Assembly: GCF_000017305.1 (NCBI RefSeq)
Contig: NC_009664.2
Coordinates: forward strand, 3,840,001-3,872,000
Direction of reading: 5' to 3'
Origin: Kineococcus radiotolerans SRS30216 = ATCC BAA-149
Lineage (GTDB): Bacteria > Actinomycetota > Actinomycetes > Actinomycetales > Kineococcaceae
Length of the DNA: 32,000 nucleotides
A model generated the notes under the pieces. It saw only the letters and a program-made list of their open reading frames with translations, was not told the origin of the DNA and did not search any database. This document shows positions 23,217-31,347 of this stretch, one piece after another (position 1 is the first letter of the stretch; each line of letters starts with the position of its first letter). The position numbers and the translations under genes were made by a program.

Positions 23217-25817
23217 GTGGGGGCTACGCCAGGGACGGACACCGTGGACGAGGGGTTCACGCGGTTCTCCGAGGAACACGCGCAGGGGCAGCTGGTCCCG
23301 CGCATCGTCGAGGTCGCGCTCGCGTGCGCCGACACCGTCCTGGTCGCCGACGGCGTCGACCGGCTCACCGGATCCACCCTGCTGCAGCGCGCCGCGCTCG
23401 TGCGCGCCGCCGTGCTGGCCCACCACGCCGGTCACGACCCGCGCGAGACCCCGGTGGCGGTGCTGCGCGGGCACGACGTCGGCGCGGTCGCGGCCGTCGT
23501 CGGCGTGATCGCGGCCGGGCACCCGGTCGTCGTCCTCGACCCCACCACCCCCGCCGCCCGGCTGCGCCACTACGTCGAGGCCGCCGGGGCGACGCTGGTG
23601 GTCTCCGACGCCGAACGCGCCGCCACGGCGCGCGAGGTCGCCGCCACCGTCCTGGACCCCGACGGACCCGGCGCCGCCCACCGCCCCGACCACGTCGAGG
23701 CCGCCGCGGCCCTGCTCGGCTCACCCGCCGACCCCGACGACGTGGCCGTCATCGTCTACACCTCCGGTTCCACCGGCGCGCCCAAGGGCGTGGCCTGCGA
23801 GCACCGCTCGATCCTGCACGACACCTGGGTGAGTTCCGAGGCGACCGGGGCCTACCCCGTCGGCAGCGTCGTGGCCCACCTGCTCCCGATGGCCTTCAGC
23901 GCCGGGGTCACCCCGACCCTGGGGGCGCTGCTGGTGGGGGCGCGGCAGGAGCTGTTCGACCCCCGCCGCCGCTCCGTCGCCGAACTGCCGGGTTTCCTGC
24001 GCGAGGTCGGCGCCGACGTGCTGCTGGCGTCCCCGGCGATCCTGCGCGGGGTCATCGCCTCGCTCGGGCCGCAGGGGCGCGTCCCCGGCCTCAAGACCGT
24101 CACCATGGCCGGGGAGACGGTCCACGGGGCCGAGCTCGCCGCCGTCCGCCGCGCCGTGGGCCCGGACTGCGTGGTGCGCAACCGCTACGGCTCCACCGAG
24201 ACGTGGCTGATGACGGAGTACGCCATCAGCGGCGACGACGAGGCCCCCGAGGGCGCGACCCCCGTGGGCTGGGCCGTCCCCGGGGCGAAGCTGCAGGTCG
24301 AGCTCGCCGACGGGACGCTGGCCGACGCGGGGACGGGCCGGGTCGTGCTCACCTCCCGCTGGCTCGGCGCCCGCTACTGGCGCGACCCCGCGAAGACGGC
24401 GGAGGTGTTCACCGACAACCCCGACGGCTCGCGGACCTTCCGCACCAGCGACGTCGGTTCCCTCGGCGCCGACGGCTGCCTGCGCCTGCTCGGGCGCAGC
24501 GACCACAGCGTCAAGGTCCGCGGGCTGCTCGTCGAACCCGGGGAGGTCGACGCCCTGCTCTTCGCCCAGCCCGACGTCCGGGAGGCGCTCGTCGTGGGCC
24601 GCCCCTCCGCGCGCACCGGACGGATGTCGCTGGTCGCCTACGTCGTGCCCGAGGGGCCGCGCCCGCAGGCCTCCGCCGTGCGCGCCGTGGTGCGGGAGAA
24701 CCTGCCCGCCCACATGGTCCCCGAGCACGTCGTGTTCCTGGACGCGCTGCCGCGCACCGAGCGCGGCAAGCTCGACCGCTCCCGGCTGCCCGAACCCCCG
24801 CGCAGCACCGCCCCCTTCGAGGCGCCGCGCACCGGCTGGGAGGAGGTCGTCTTCGAGCAGTTCTGCGCCGTCCTGGAGCTGGAGGACCTCTCCATCCACG
24901 ACGACTTCTTCGAGCTCGGCGGGGACTCCCTGGCCGCCGAGGCGCTCGTGAGCCGCATCGAGGCGCTGGGGGACCAGGCCGTCGGGCAGGTGGGGACGGC
25001 GGTGCTGGCGTCGGCGCCCACCGTCGCCTCCTTCGCCGCCGCGGTGCGCTCGAAGGTCCGCAGCGACCGCCCCACCCTGGTGCCCCTGCGCCCCGAGGGC
25101 GAGGACCGCCCGCTCTTCCTCGTCGCCGGGGCCGGCAGCGCCGCGCTGGCGCTGCGGACGCTGGCCCAGCGGATCGCGCCGGGGATCCCCGTGCTCGGCC
25201 TGCAGGCCCACGGCCTGGAGAACCGCGCCCTGCCCGACTGGTCGGTCGAGCGGATCGCGCGCCGGCACGTGGCGACGGTGCGCGAGCAGCAGCCGCAGGG
25301 CCCCTACCGCGTCGCCGGTCACTCCCTCGGCGGTCTCGTCGCCCTGGAGATGGCCCACCAGCTGCGCCGGGCGGGGCAGGAGGTCGAGATCCTCGTGGTC
25401 CTGGACTCCTTCCCGCCGGACCCCGCGCTGATGCCGGTGCCGCGGTACCCCTCGCGGGTGGCCAAGCTCAAGGAGGGCGTCTCGCTGGCCCTGACCGGCA
25501 TCAAGGCCCACTCCGGGCTGGGGCACTACATCCGGTTCTTCCGGCAGGGGATGTTCCTGCAGCGCAGGTACACCACCGAGGCCTACCCCGGCCCGGCGCT
25601 GGTCGTCGTGGCCGGCGACGACGTCGACGCCGGGGCCCGGCGGCAGTGGGCGCCGCACCTGAGCGGCGAGGCCCGCGTCGTCGAGGTCGCCGGCGAGCAC
25701 ATGTCGATCCTGCGCGAGCCGCGGGTCGGCCCCGTCGCCGACCTCGTCTCGCAGGCCCTGCGCGCCGAGGCGCCCGCGGTCGTCGACGTGCGCGAGGGGC
25801 GGTTCGCCGAGCGCTGA
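23217..25817 (+). CDS. Stand-alone NRPS-like enzyme: adenylation - thiolation (PCP) - thioesterase
   Basis: RBS gggggagggg (23199-23208). A-domain cores: VIAAGHPVVVLDP (A2), YTSGSTGAPKGV (A3), NRYGSTE (A5), FRTSD (A7), GRSDHSVKVRGLLVEPGEVD (A8), LPAHMVP (A9), RGKLDR (A10). Carrier motif FFELGGDSL (Ser571 codon 24927-29). Thioesterase GHSLGG (Ser703 codon 25323-25), with VVLDSF and GEHMSIL as candidate Asp and His. No condensation domain. Confidence 0.9.
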   Translation: MGATPGTDTVDEGFTRFSEEHAQGQLVPRIVEVALACADTVLVADGVDRLTGSTLLQRAALVRAAVLAHHAGHDPRETPVAVLRGHDVGAVAAVVGVIAAGHPVVVLDPTTPAARLRHYVEAAGATLVVSDAERAATAREVAATVLDPDGPGAAHRPDHVEAAAALLGSPADPDDVAVIVYTSGSTGAPKGVACEHRSILHDTWVSSEATGAYPVGSVVAHLLPMAFSAGVTPTLGALLVGARQELFDPRRRSVAELPGFLREVGADVLLASPAILRGVIASLGPQGRVPGLKTVTMAGETVHGAELAAVRRAVGPDCVVRNRYGSTETWLMTEYAISGDDEAPEGATPVGWAVPGAKLQVELADGTLADAGTGRVVLTSRWLGARYWRDPAKTAEVFTDNPDGSRTFRTSDVGSLGADGCLRLLGRSDHSVKVRGLLVEPGEVDALLFAQPDVREALVVGRPSARTGRMSLVAYVVPEGPRPQASAVRAVVRENLPAHMVPEHVVFLDALPRTERGKLDRSRLPEPPRSTAPFEAPRTGWEEVVFEQFCAVLELEDLSIHDDFFELGGDSLAAEALVSRIEALGDQAVGQVGTAVLASAPTVASFAAAVRSKVRSDRPTLVPLRPEGEDRPLFLVAGAGSAALALRTLAQRIAPGIPVLGLQAHGLENRALPDWSVERIARRHVATVREQQPQGPYRVAGHSLGGLVALEMAHQLRRAGQEVEILVVLDSFPPDPALMPVPRYPSRVAKLKEGVSLALTGIKAHSGLGHYIRFFRQGMFLQRRYTTEAYPGPALVVVAGDDVDAGARRQWAPHLSGEARVVEVAGEHMSILREPRVGPVADLVSQALRAEAPAVVDVREGRFAER

Positions 25818-25837
25818 GGACGCGGACGCGTCCCGGC

Positions 25838-25856
25838 CCCCGCCCCGCGGGCGGGG
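25838..25856 (+). terminator. GC hairpin after the NRPS-like gene (candidate terminator)
   Basis: ccccgccc (25838-45) / gggcgggg (25849-56), 3-nt loop, 21 nt after the TGA at 25815-17. More stem-loops follow, including cccgcct/aggcggg at 25884-25902. No U-tract. Confidence 0.4.
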
Positions 25857-25981
25857 TCACCCGTTCCGACCACGACGCGTGACCCCGCCTGCGCGAGGCG
25901 GGTGACGCGGTCCCCCCGGACGGCGCAACCGGTGGCCGACGGTCACCGGGCCCCCGGCCGCGCCGTGCCACCGTCGGGGCC

Positions 25982-26707
25982 ATGCCACCGACCGCCGCCC
26001 CTCCTGCGACGCGCCGCGAGACCGCCCCGGCCCCCGCCCCCGCGCGGCTGCCCGGACCCACCCGCGAACGCCGCCCGGCGCTCGTCGCGTTCGGGCTGGT
26101 GCTGGTCGTCGCCGGGTCGCTGGGCAGCGCGCTCGTGGTGCACCGCAGCGGGGACCGCGTGGACGTCCTCGTCGCCCGGCACGACATCGCCCCCGGCCAG
26201 CGGATCACCGCCGCCGACCTCGGGACCGCCCGCGTCGCCGCCGACGGCGCGGCCGTCGTCCCCGCCGCGGCCCTGGGCAACTTCGTCGGCACCTACGCCA
26301 CCTCCCGCGTCCCCGCCGACACCCTCCTCAACCGGACGATGTTCCTGGCCGGGGACACCGTCCCCGCCGACGCCGCCGTCGTGGGGGTCGTCCTGGGCGC
26401 CGAGCAGCGCCCCACCGACGCCCTGGCCGCCGGGGACGTCGTCCGCGCGTTCCTCGTCGCCTCCGACGGGTCCTCCACCGTGACCGGTCAGCCCGCCGGG
26501 ACCGTCCTGCTGGACGCCGCCCGGGTCGTGGCCGCGGGCGGTGCGGGGGCCGCCGCCGGCGACGTGGCCACCGACTCCGGGACGGTCTCGCTGCTGGTCC
26601 CCACCGGCGACGCCGCCCAGGTCGTGGCCGCGGCCGCCGCGGGGCAGGTCGCCCTGGTGCGCCTGGCCGACGCCACCACCCCGCCCGTCGACCTCGTGCG
26701 GGAGTGA
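25982..26707 (+). CDS. cpaB: Flp pilus assembly protein CpaB/RcpC-like (SAF domain)
   Basis: Pro/Ala-rich basic N-terminus, one TM helix (LVAFGLVLVVAGSLGSALVV), then a SAF-like segment VDVLVARHDIAPGQRITAADL. First gene of the Tad cluster. Confidence 0.7.
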   Translation: MPPTAAPPATRRETAPAPAPARLPGPTRERRPALVAFGLVLVVAGSLGSALVVHRSGDRVDVLVARHDIAPGQRITAADLGTARVAADGAAVVPAAALGNFVGTYATSRVPADTLLNRTMFLAGDTVPADAAVVGVVLGAEQRPTDALAAGDVVRAFLVASDGSSTVTGQPAGTVLLDAARVVAAGGAGAAAGDVATDSGTVSLLVPTGDAAQVVAAAAAGQVALVRLADATTPPVDLVRE

Positions 26708-26710
26708 GTC

Positions 26711-27502
26711 GTGGCCCTCGTCTCCCTCCTCTCCGCCAAGGGGTCCCCCGGCGTCACCACCACCGCGCTGCTCAGCGCCGCGCTGTGGCCGCACCCCGCC
26801 GTCCTGCTGGACGCCGACCCCGCCGGCGGTGACGTCGTCGCCCGGGTGCCCGCGGCCGACGGCGGGGTCCTCGACCCCGACCGCGGTCTGCTGCCGCTGC
26901 TGACCAGCGCCCGCCGCGGGCTCAGCGGCGCGCAGGTCCTGGAGCAGGCCCAGGTCGTCGCCGGCGGCACCCGCGTCGTGTGCGGGCTCGCCGGCCCGGA
27001 GCAGTCCCTCGCCGCCGGGCCGGGCTGGTCCGCGCTCGCCACCGCGGCCGCGGGCCTGGGCCACGGCGACGTCCCCACCGACGTGCTCGTCGACGCCGGC
27101 CGCGTGGGCGCCGAGGCCGTCCACCTGGACCTGCTGCGCGCCGCCGACGCCGTCGTCCTCGTCACCCGCGCCGACACCGCCTCGGTCCTGCACGCCCGCG
27201 AGCGCCTGCGCGTCCTGGGCGGGGCCCTGCGCCGCGGCGACGGGTTGCTGCCCCGCACCGGGGTGGTCGTCGTGGGCGACCCGCGCCGCCGCGACGCCGA
27301 CGAGGCCGCCGCGGTGCTCACCGCCGTCGGCGGCTGGGTCGAGGACTTCGGCCGGTTGCCGCTGGACACCGCGGGCGCCCGGGTCTTCGACGGCGCCCGC
27401 ACGTCCTGGCCCGAGCGCACGGCGCTCGTCCGCGCAGGCCGGGCCGTGGTGGCGACCCTCGCCGCCGCCGCCCACGGCGAGCTGCAGCGGGGTGCCGCGT
27501 GA
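26711..27502 (+). CDS. ParA/MinD-fold TadZ/CpaE-like protein with degenerate P-loop
   Basis: GTG 26711 after gggag (26701-05). SAKGSPGVTTTAL where the family has KGGVGKTT. VLLDADPAGGD and VLVDAG match the MinD/ParA switch and Walker B positions. Sits immediately upstream of the TadA ATPase. Confidence 0.65.
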   Translation: MALVSLLSAKGSPGVTTTALLSAALWPHPAVLLDADPAGGDVVARVPAADGGVLDPDRGLLPLLTSARRGLSGAQVLEQAQVVAGGTRVVCGLAGPEQSLAAGPGWSALATAAAGLGHGDVPTDVLVDAGRVGAEAVHLDLLRAADAVVLVTRADTASVLHARERLRVLGGALRRGDGLLPRTGVVVVGDPRRRDADEAAAVLTAVGGWVEDFGRLPLDTAGARVFDGARTSWPERTALVRAGRAVVATLAAAAHGELQRGAA

Positions 27503-28845
27503 GCCTCGACACCCCCGTCCGCCGGGCCGCCGACGCCGTCGACCACGACCTGGTCCGCCGGCTGCGCGGGGTCGTCGCCGAGCGCATGTCCGCGCAGCGC
27601 CGCCGCGACGACACCGCGGGCCGTCCCCCCATGTCCGCCGCCGACGAGCGGCAGTTCGCCCGGTCCCTGGTCGTGCAGGTCCTGGAGGACCACGCCCGCG
27701 CCGAGATGGAGTCCGGGCGCGTCCCGCTGTCCCCCGAGGGCGAGGAGGCGGTGGCCGCCGCCATCGGCGCCGCCCTCTTCGGCGTGGGCCGCCTGCAGCC
27801 GCTGCTGGAGGACCCCGAGGTCGAGAACATCGACGTCAACGGCTGCGACCGGGTGTTCGTCAGCTACGCCGACGGCCGCGAGGAGCTGCACGACGCGGTG
27901 GCGGAGTCCGACGAGGACCTCGTCGAGCTGGTCCAGGTGCTCGCCTCCAACGTCGGTCTCACCAGCCGGCCCTTCGACGCCGCGAACCCCCAGCTGGACC
28001 TGCGCCTGCCCGACGGTTCCCGGCTCTCGGCCGTCATGGGGGTCTGCCAGCGTCCCGCGCTGAGCATCCGCCGGGCCCGGCTGTCCAGCGCGACGCTGGG
28101 CGACCTGGTGGCCTCCGGCTCGATGACCGAGGACCTCGCGCAGTTCCTGCGCGCGGCGGTCCGGGCCCGCAAGAACATCATGATCGCCGGGTCCACGAAC
28201 TCGGGGAAGACGACCCTGCTGCGCGCCCTGGCCGCCGAGATCCCCCCGCACGAGAGGCTCATCACCGTCGAGCGGGCGCTGGAACTGGGCCTGGACCAGC
28301 AGGTGCGCGAGCACCCCAACACGGTGGCGTTCGAGGAGCGGCTGCCGAACTCCGAGGGCGTCGGCGGGGTGGGCATGGCCGACCTCGTGCGCCGCTCGCT
28401 GCGCATGAACCCCAGCCGGGTCATCGTCGGCGAGGTCCTCGGCGACGAGATCGTCACCATGCTCAACGCCATGAGCCAGGGCAACGACGGCTCGCTGTCG
28501 ACGATCCACGCGAACTCCTCGGCCGAGGTCTTCAACCGCATCGCGACCTACGCCCTGCAGGCGGCGGAGCACCTGCCCGTCGAGGCCAGCCACATGCTCA
28601 TCGCGGGCGCGGTGAACTTCGTGGTCTTCCTCGACAAGCGGAACACCTACCACGCCGGGGGCGGTCTGCGCCGGGCCGTGACCAGCGTCCGGGAGGTCAC
28701 CGGCATCGACGGCCGCGTCCTCAGTTCCGAGGTCTTCCTCGCCGGTGCCGACGGGGTCGCCCGCGCGCACGCCCCGCTGCAGTGCGCCGACGACCTCGAG
28801 GCCGCCGGCTACGTCGCACCCGTCCTGGCGCGGTGGGGATCGTGA
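27499..28845 (+). CDS. tadA: Tad/Flp pilus secretion ATPase TadA/CpaF
   Basis: GTG 27499 in a GTGA overlap, in frame with ORF 26980..28845. Walker A IAGSTNSGKTTLL, Walker B region RVIVGEVLGDE, His box LSTIHANS, and the upstream ENIDVNG motif typical of CpaF/VirB11-like ATPases. Confidence 0.92.
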   Translation: MSLDTPVRRAADAVDHDLVRRLRGVVAERMSAQRRRDDTAGRPPMSAADERQFARSLVVQVLEDHARAEMESGRVPLSPEGEEAVAAAIGAALFGVGRLQPLLEDPEVENIDVNGCDRVFVSYADGREELHDAVAESDEDLVELVQVLASNVGLTSRPFDAANPQLDLRLPDGSRLSAVMGVCQRPALSIRRARLSSATLGDLVASGSMTEDLAQFLRAAVRARKNIMIAGSTNSGKTTLLRALAAEIPPHERLITVERALELGLDQQVREHPNTVAFEERLPNSEGVGGVGMADLVRRSLRMNPSRVIVGEVLGDEIVTMLNAMSQGNDGSLSTIHANSSAEVFNRIATYALQAAEHLPVEASHMLIAGAVNFVVFLDKRNTYHAGGGLRRAVTSVREVTGIDGRVLSSEVFLAGADGVARAHAPLQCADDLEAAGYVAPVLARWGS

Positions 28846-29717
28846 ACGGCGTCCTGGGTCAGGTCCAGCCCGAGGTCCTCGTCGCGGTCGCCGCGGCGGT
28901 CGCCGGGACGGGGGTCCTCGTCGCCGCCCTGGGGTTCCGCGGTGCCGTCGCCGGGCCGAGTTCCCGGCCCGGGTGGCGCCGCCGCGCGGTCGCCGGCTCC
29001 AGCCGGCGGGTGCTGCTGGGGGTGGGGGCGGGGGTGCTGACCCTGGTGCTGACCCGCTGGGTCGTGGCCGGGATCGGGATCGGCCTGCTGGTGGCCTGCT
29101 GGCAGCGCCTGCTCGGCGGGAACGCCGAGGAGAACCGCGGCATCGCCCGGCTGGAGGGTCTGGCGAACTGGACGGAGTCGTTGCGCGACACCATCGCCGG
29201 GGCCATCGGGCTGGAACAGGCCATCCCGGCCACCGCCGCCACCTCGGCCCCGGTGCTGCGCCCCTCGCTGAACCTCCTGGTGGACCGGCTGCGGGTCCGC
29301 GAACCGCTGCCCGACGCCCTGCTGCGCTTCGCCGACGACGTCGACGACCCGAGCGCGGACGTCGTGGTCGCGGCCCTGGTGCTCAACGCGCGGCTGCGCG
29401 GGCCGGGTCTGCGCGACGTGCTCACGGCGCTGGCCGCCTCGACCCGCGAGGAGCTGGACGTGCGCCGCCGGATCGAGGCCAGCCGACGCAGCATCCGCCG
29501 CAGCGTCCAGATCGTGCTGCTCATCGTGCTGGGGGTCATGGGGGTCCTCTCGGTGTTCAACCGCTCCTACGTCGCGCCCTACTCCACGTTCTCCGGGCAG
29601 GTGGCGCTCATCGTCGTCGCGGGTCTCCTCGTCCTGGGGCTGACCTGGTTGCGCCGGCTCGCCCGGGTGGAGGCGCACGAGCGCTTCCTGTCCCGTCCCG
29701 CCGGAGGGGCCGCGTGA
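28842..29717 (+). CDS. tadB: Tad pilus inner-membrane platform protein TadB (T2SS F family)
   Basis: GTG 28842 in a GTGA overlap, in frame with ORF 27492..29717. N-terminal TM helices, a cytoplasmic helical domain (WTESLRDTIAGAIGLEQAI...LRFADDVDDP) and C-terminal TM helices. Position after tadA. Confidence 0.8.
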   Translation: MNGVLGQVQPEVLVAVAAAVAGTGVLVAALGFRGAVAGPSSRPGWRRRAVAGSSRRVLLGVGAGVLTLVLTRWVVAGIGIGLLVACWQRLLGGNAEENRGIARLEGLANWTESLRDTIAGAIGLEQAIPATAATSAPVLRPSLNLLVDRLRVREPLPDALLRFADDVDDPSADVVVAALVLNARLRGPGLRDVLTALAASTREELDVRRRIEASRRSIRRSVQIVLLIVLGVMGVLSVFNRSYVAPYSTFSGQVALIVVAGLLVLGLTWLRRLARVEAHERFLSRPAGGAA

Positions 29718-30682
29718 ACGGCGGCGGGGTGGGGACGGCCCTGCTGAGCGGGGGCGCCGGCGCGCTGGGGGTGGCCCTCCTCTGCGGGGCGCTGGTGCGC
29801 CCCCGGCCCTCGGTGTCGGTGCAGGTCGCCCGCTACGACGGGGCCCGCCGCTCCGCCCGGCGCACCGCGCTCTCGGCGGCCGAGGCGGCGGCCTCGGCCG
29901 CTCCCGACCGCGGGTTGTTCGGCCTGCAGGCGGCCTTCGGGCGGGGGCTGGCGCTCCTGTCGGACCGCCTGGAGGTCCTCGCCGGTGAACGCGGCTGGCG
30001 GTTGCGGCGCACCCGCGCCGACCTCGCCGTGCTCGGCCGCCGGACCGGGGAGTTCCTCGCGACGAAGGTCGTCGCCGGGCTCGTCCTGCTGCTGCTGGCG
30101 CCGGTCTGCTGGCTGGTGCTGCGCGCCTGGGGGGTTCCCCTGCCCGGCGGGGTTCCGGTGTCGCTGGCGCTCGTCCTGGGCGGGGCGGGTTTCCTGGTGC
30201 CGGACCTGGCGCTGCGCGGTGACGCGCAACGCCGCCGGCGCGACTTCCGCCGCGTCGTCGGGGTGTTCTCCGACCTCGTCGCGATGAACCTCGCCGGCGG
30301 GCGCGGGCTCCCCGAGGCGTTGCTGAGCTCGGCGTCGGTCAGCGACTACTGGGCGCTGGTGCGCATCCGGCAGGCGCTGGCCGGGGCCCGGCTCTCCGGC
30401 CGCACGCCGTGGCAGGCGCTGGGTGAGCTCGGGGAGGAACTGGCCGTCGCCGAGCTTTCCGACCTCGCCGGCGCCCTGGCGCTGGCCGCCGACGACGGAG
30501 CCAAGATCCGCGCCTCGCTGGCCGCCCGCGCGGCGACCGTGCGCCGGCGCGACATGGCCGACGTCGAGGGCGACGCGGGGGAGAAGTCCCAGTCCATGCT
30601 CGTGGCCCAGCTGGTCCTGTGCACCGCCTTCATGGTGTTCCTGGCCTTCCCCGCCGTCCACAACCTGATGGCCCAGTCGTGA
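29714..30682 (+). CDS. tadC: Tad pilus inner-membrane platform protein TadC (T2SS F family)
   Basis: GTG 29714 in a GTGA overlap, in frame with ORF 28745..30682. Same TM / helical domain / TM layout (FSDLVAMNLAGGRGLPEAL...). Second F-family paralogue, as in canonical tadB-tadC pairs. Confidence 0.8.
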   Translation: MNGGGVGTALLSGGAGALGVALLCGALVRPRPSVSVQVARYDGARRSARRTALSAAEAAASAAPDRGLFGLQAAFGRGLALLSDRLEVLAGERGWRLRRTRADLAVLGRRTGEFLATKVVAGLVLLLLAPVCWLVLRAWGVPLPGGVPVSLALVLGGAGFLVPDLALRGDAQRRRRDFRRVVGVFSDLVAMNLAGGRGLPEALLSSASVSDYWALVRIRQALAGARLSGRTPWQALGELGEELAVAELSDLAGALALAADDGAKIRASLAARAATVRRRDMADVEGDAGEKSQSMLVAQLVLCTAFMVFLAFPAVHNLMAQS

Positions 30683-30709
30683 CCGAGAAGCAGTTCGAAG
30701 GGAAAACCC

Positions 30710-30943
30710 ATGTCCGACCACTTCCTCCTCATCTCCCGCCTCGCCCGGCTGCTCTCGGCGCGGGCGCGCCGGGCGGCGGCCTCCGGGCGCGACGCGGGAG
30801 CGTCGGCGCTGGAGTGGGCGGTGATCGCCGCGATCGTCGTGGTCGCGGCGACGCTCATCGGCGGGGCGGTCTACAACATCGTCCAGAGCAAGAGCGAGGG
30901 GCTGACGGAGTGCGCCGCCGTGGCGGTCGGCTCGAACTGCTGA
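30710..30943 (+). CDS. flp: Flp/Fap-family prepilin
   Basis: ATG 30710 after gaaggga. 77 aa with a basic leader ending in Gly30, then ASALEWAVIAAIVVVAATLIGG. This is the Flp processing motif G/XXXXE[YW] followed by a hydrophobic helix. Confidence 0.8.
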   Translation: MSDHFLLISRLARLLSARARRAAASGRDAGASALEWAVIAAIVVVAATLIGGAVYNIVQSKSEGLTECAAVAVGSNC

Positions 30944-31347
30944 GGGGACCCCGGGACGACCGGGGGTCCGCCGCGCTGGAGATGGCGTTCATCGCCCCGG
31001 TGTTCCTGCTGCTGGTGTTCTTCGGCATCCAGGCGGGGTTGTGGGCCTACGGCCGCTCCGTCGCGCTGGCCGCGGCCCGCGAGGGCGTCGCGCAGCTGCG
31101 CGTCGTCCCCGACGAGCAGTCCGCGGCCGCCGCGGAGCCCGTCGTCCGCGCCCACGTCGAGCAGTTCGCGGGCGCGATCGGCCGCGAGTCGCTGCTCGGG
31201 CCGCGGGCGAGCACGCGCTGGAGCGCGGATCGGGGCGAGGTCTCCGTCGAGGTCACCGGCCGCGTCGTCAGCCTCGTCCCGGGCCTGGACCTCACGACGA
31301 CGCAGCGGGCCTCGGGGACCGTGGAGCGCTTCGGGGACGTGCGGTGA
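30910..31347 (+). CDS. tadE: TadE-like pseudopilin
   Basis: Contains DDRGSAALEMAFIAPVFLLLVFFGIQAGL (TadE N-terminal motif). The stop is secure. The only canonical in-frame start upstream of the motif is GTG 30910, which overlaps flp by 34 nt. The alternative ATG 30982 would remove the processing motif. Confidence 0.65.
   Translation: MRRRGGRLELLRGPRDDRGSAALEMAFIAPVFLLLVFFGIQAGLWAYGRSVALAAAREGVAQLRVVPDEQSAAAAEPVVRAHVEQFAGAIGRESLLGPRASTRWSADRGEVSVEVTGRVVSLVPGLDLTTTQRASGTVERFGDVR

Noticed and set aside
25818-25981. Possible c-di-GMP (GEMM-type) or other riboswitch upstream of the pilus operon.
   Set aside because: I could not match the spacer to any riboswitch consensus I know. The stems are generic GC hairpins. 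It is kept only as a 'structured spacer' finding.
23177-28770. Alternative-frame and antisense ORFs over the NRPS-like and tad genes: 23177..25882 (+), 23721..25700 (-), 25943..27475 (-) and 26488..28770 (-).
   Set aside because: The 23217 frame carries the full A/T/TE motif set, and the tad frames carry Walker and T2SS-F features. The competing frames give Arg/Pro/Gly-rich sequence without motifs, so they are shadow ORFs.
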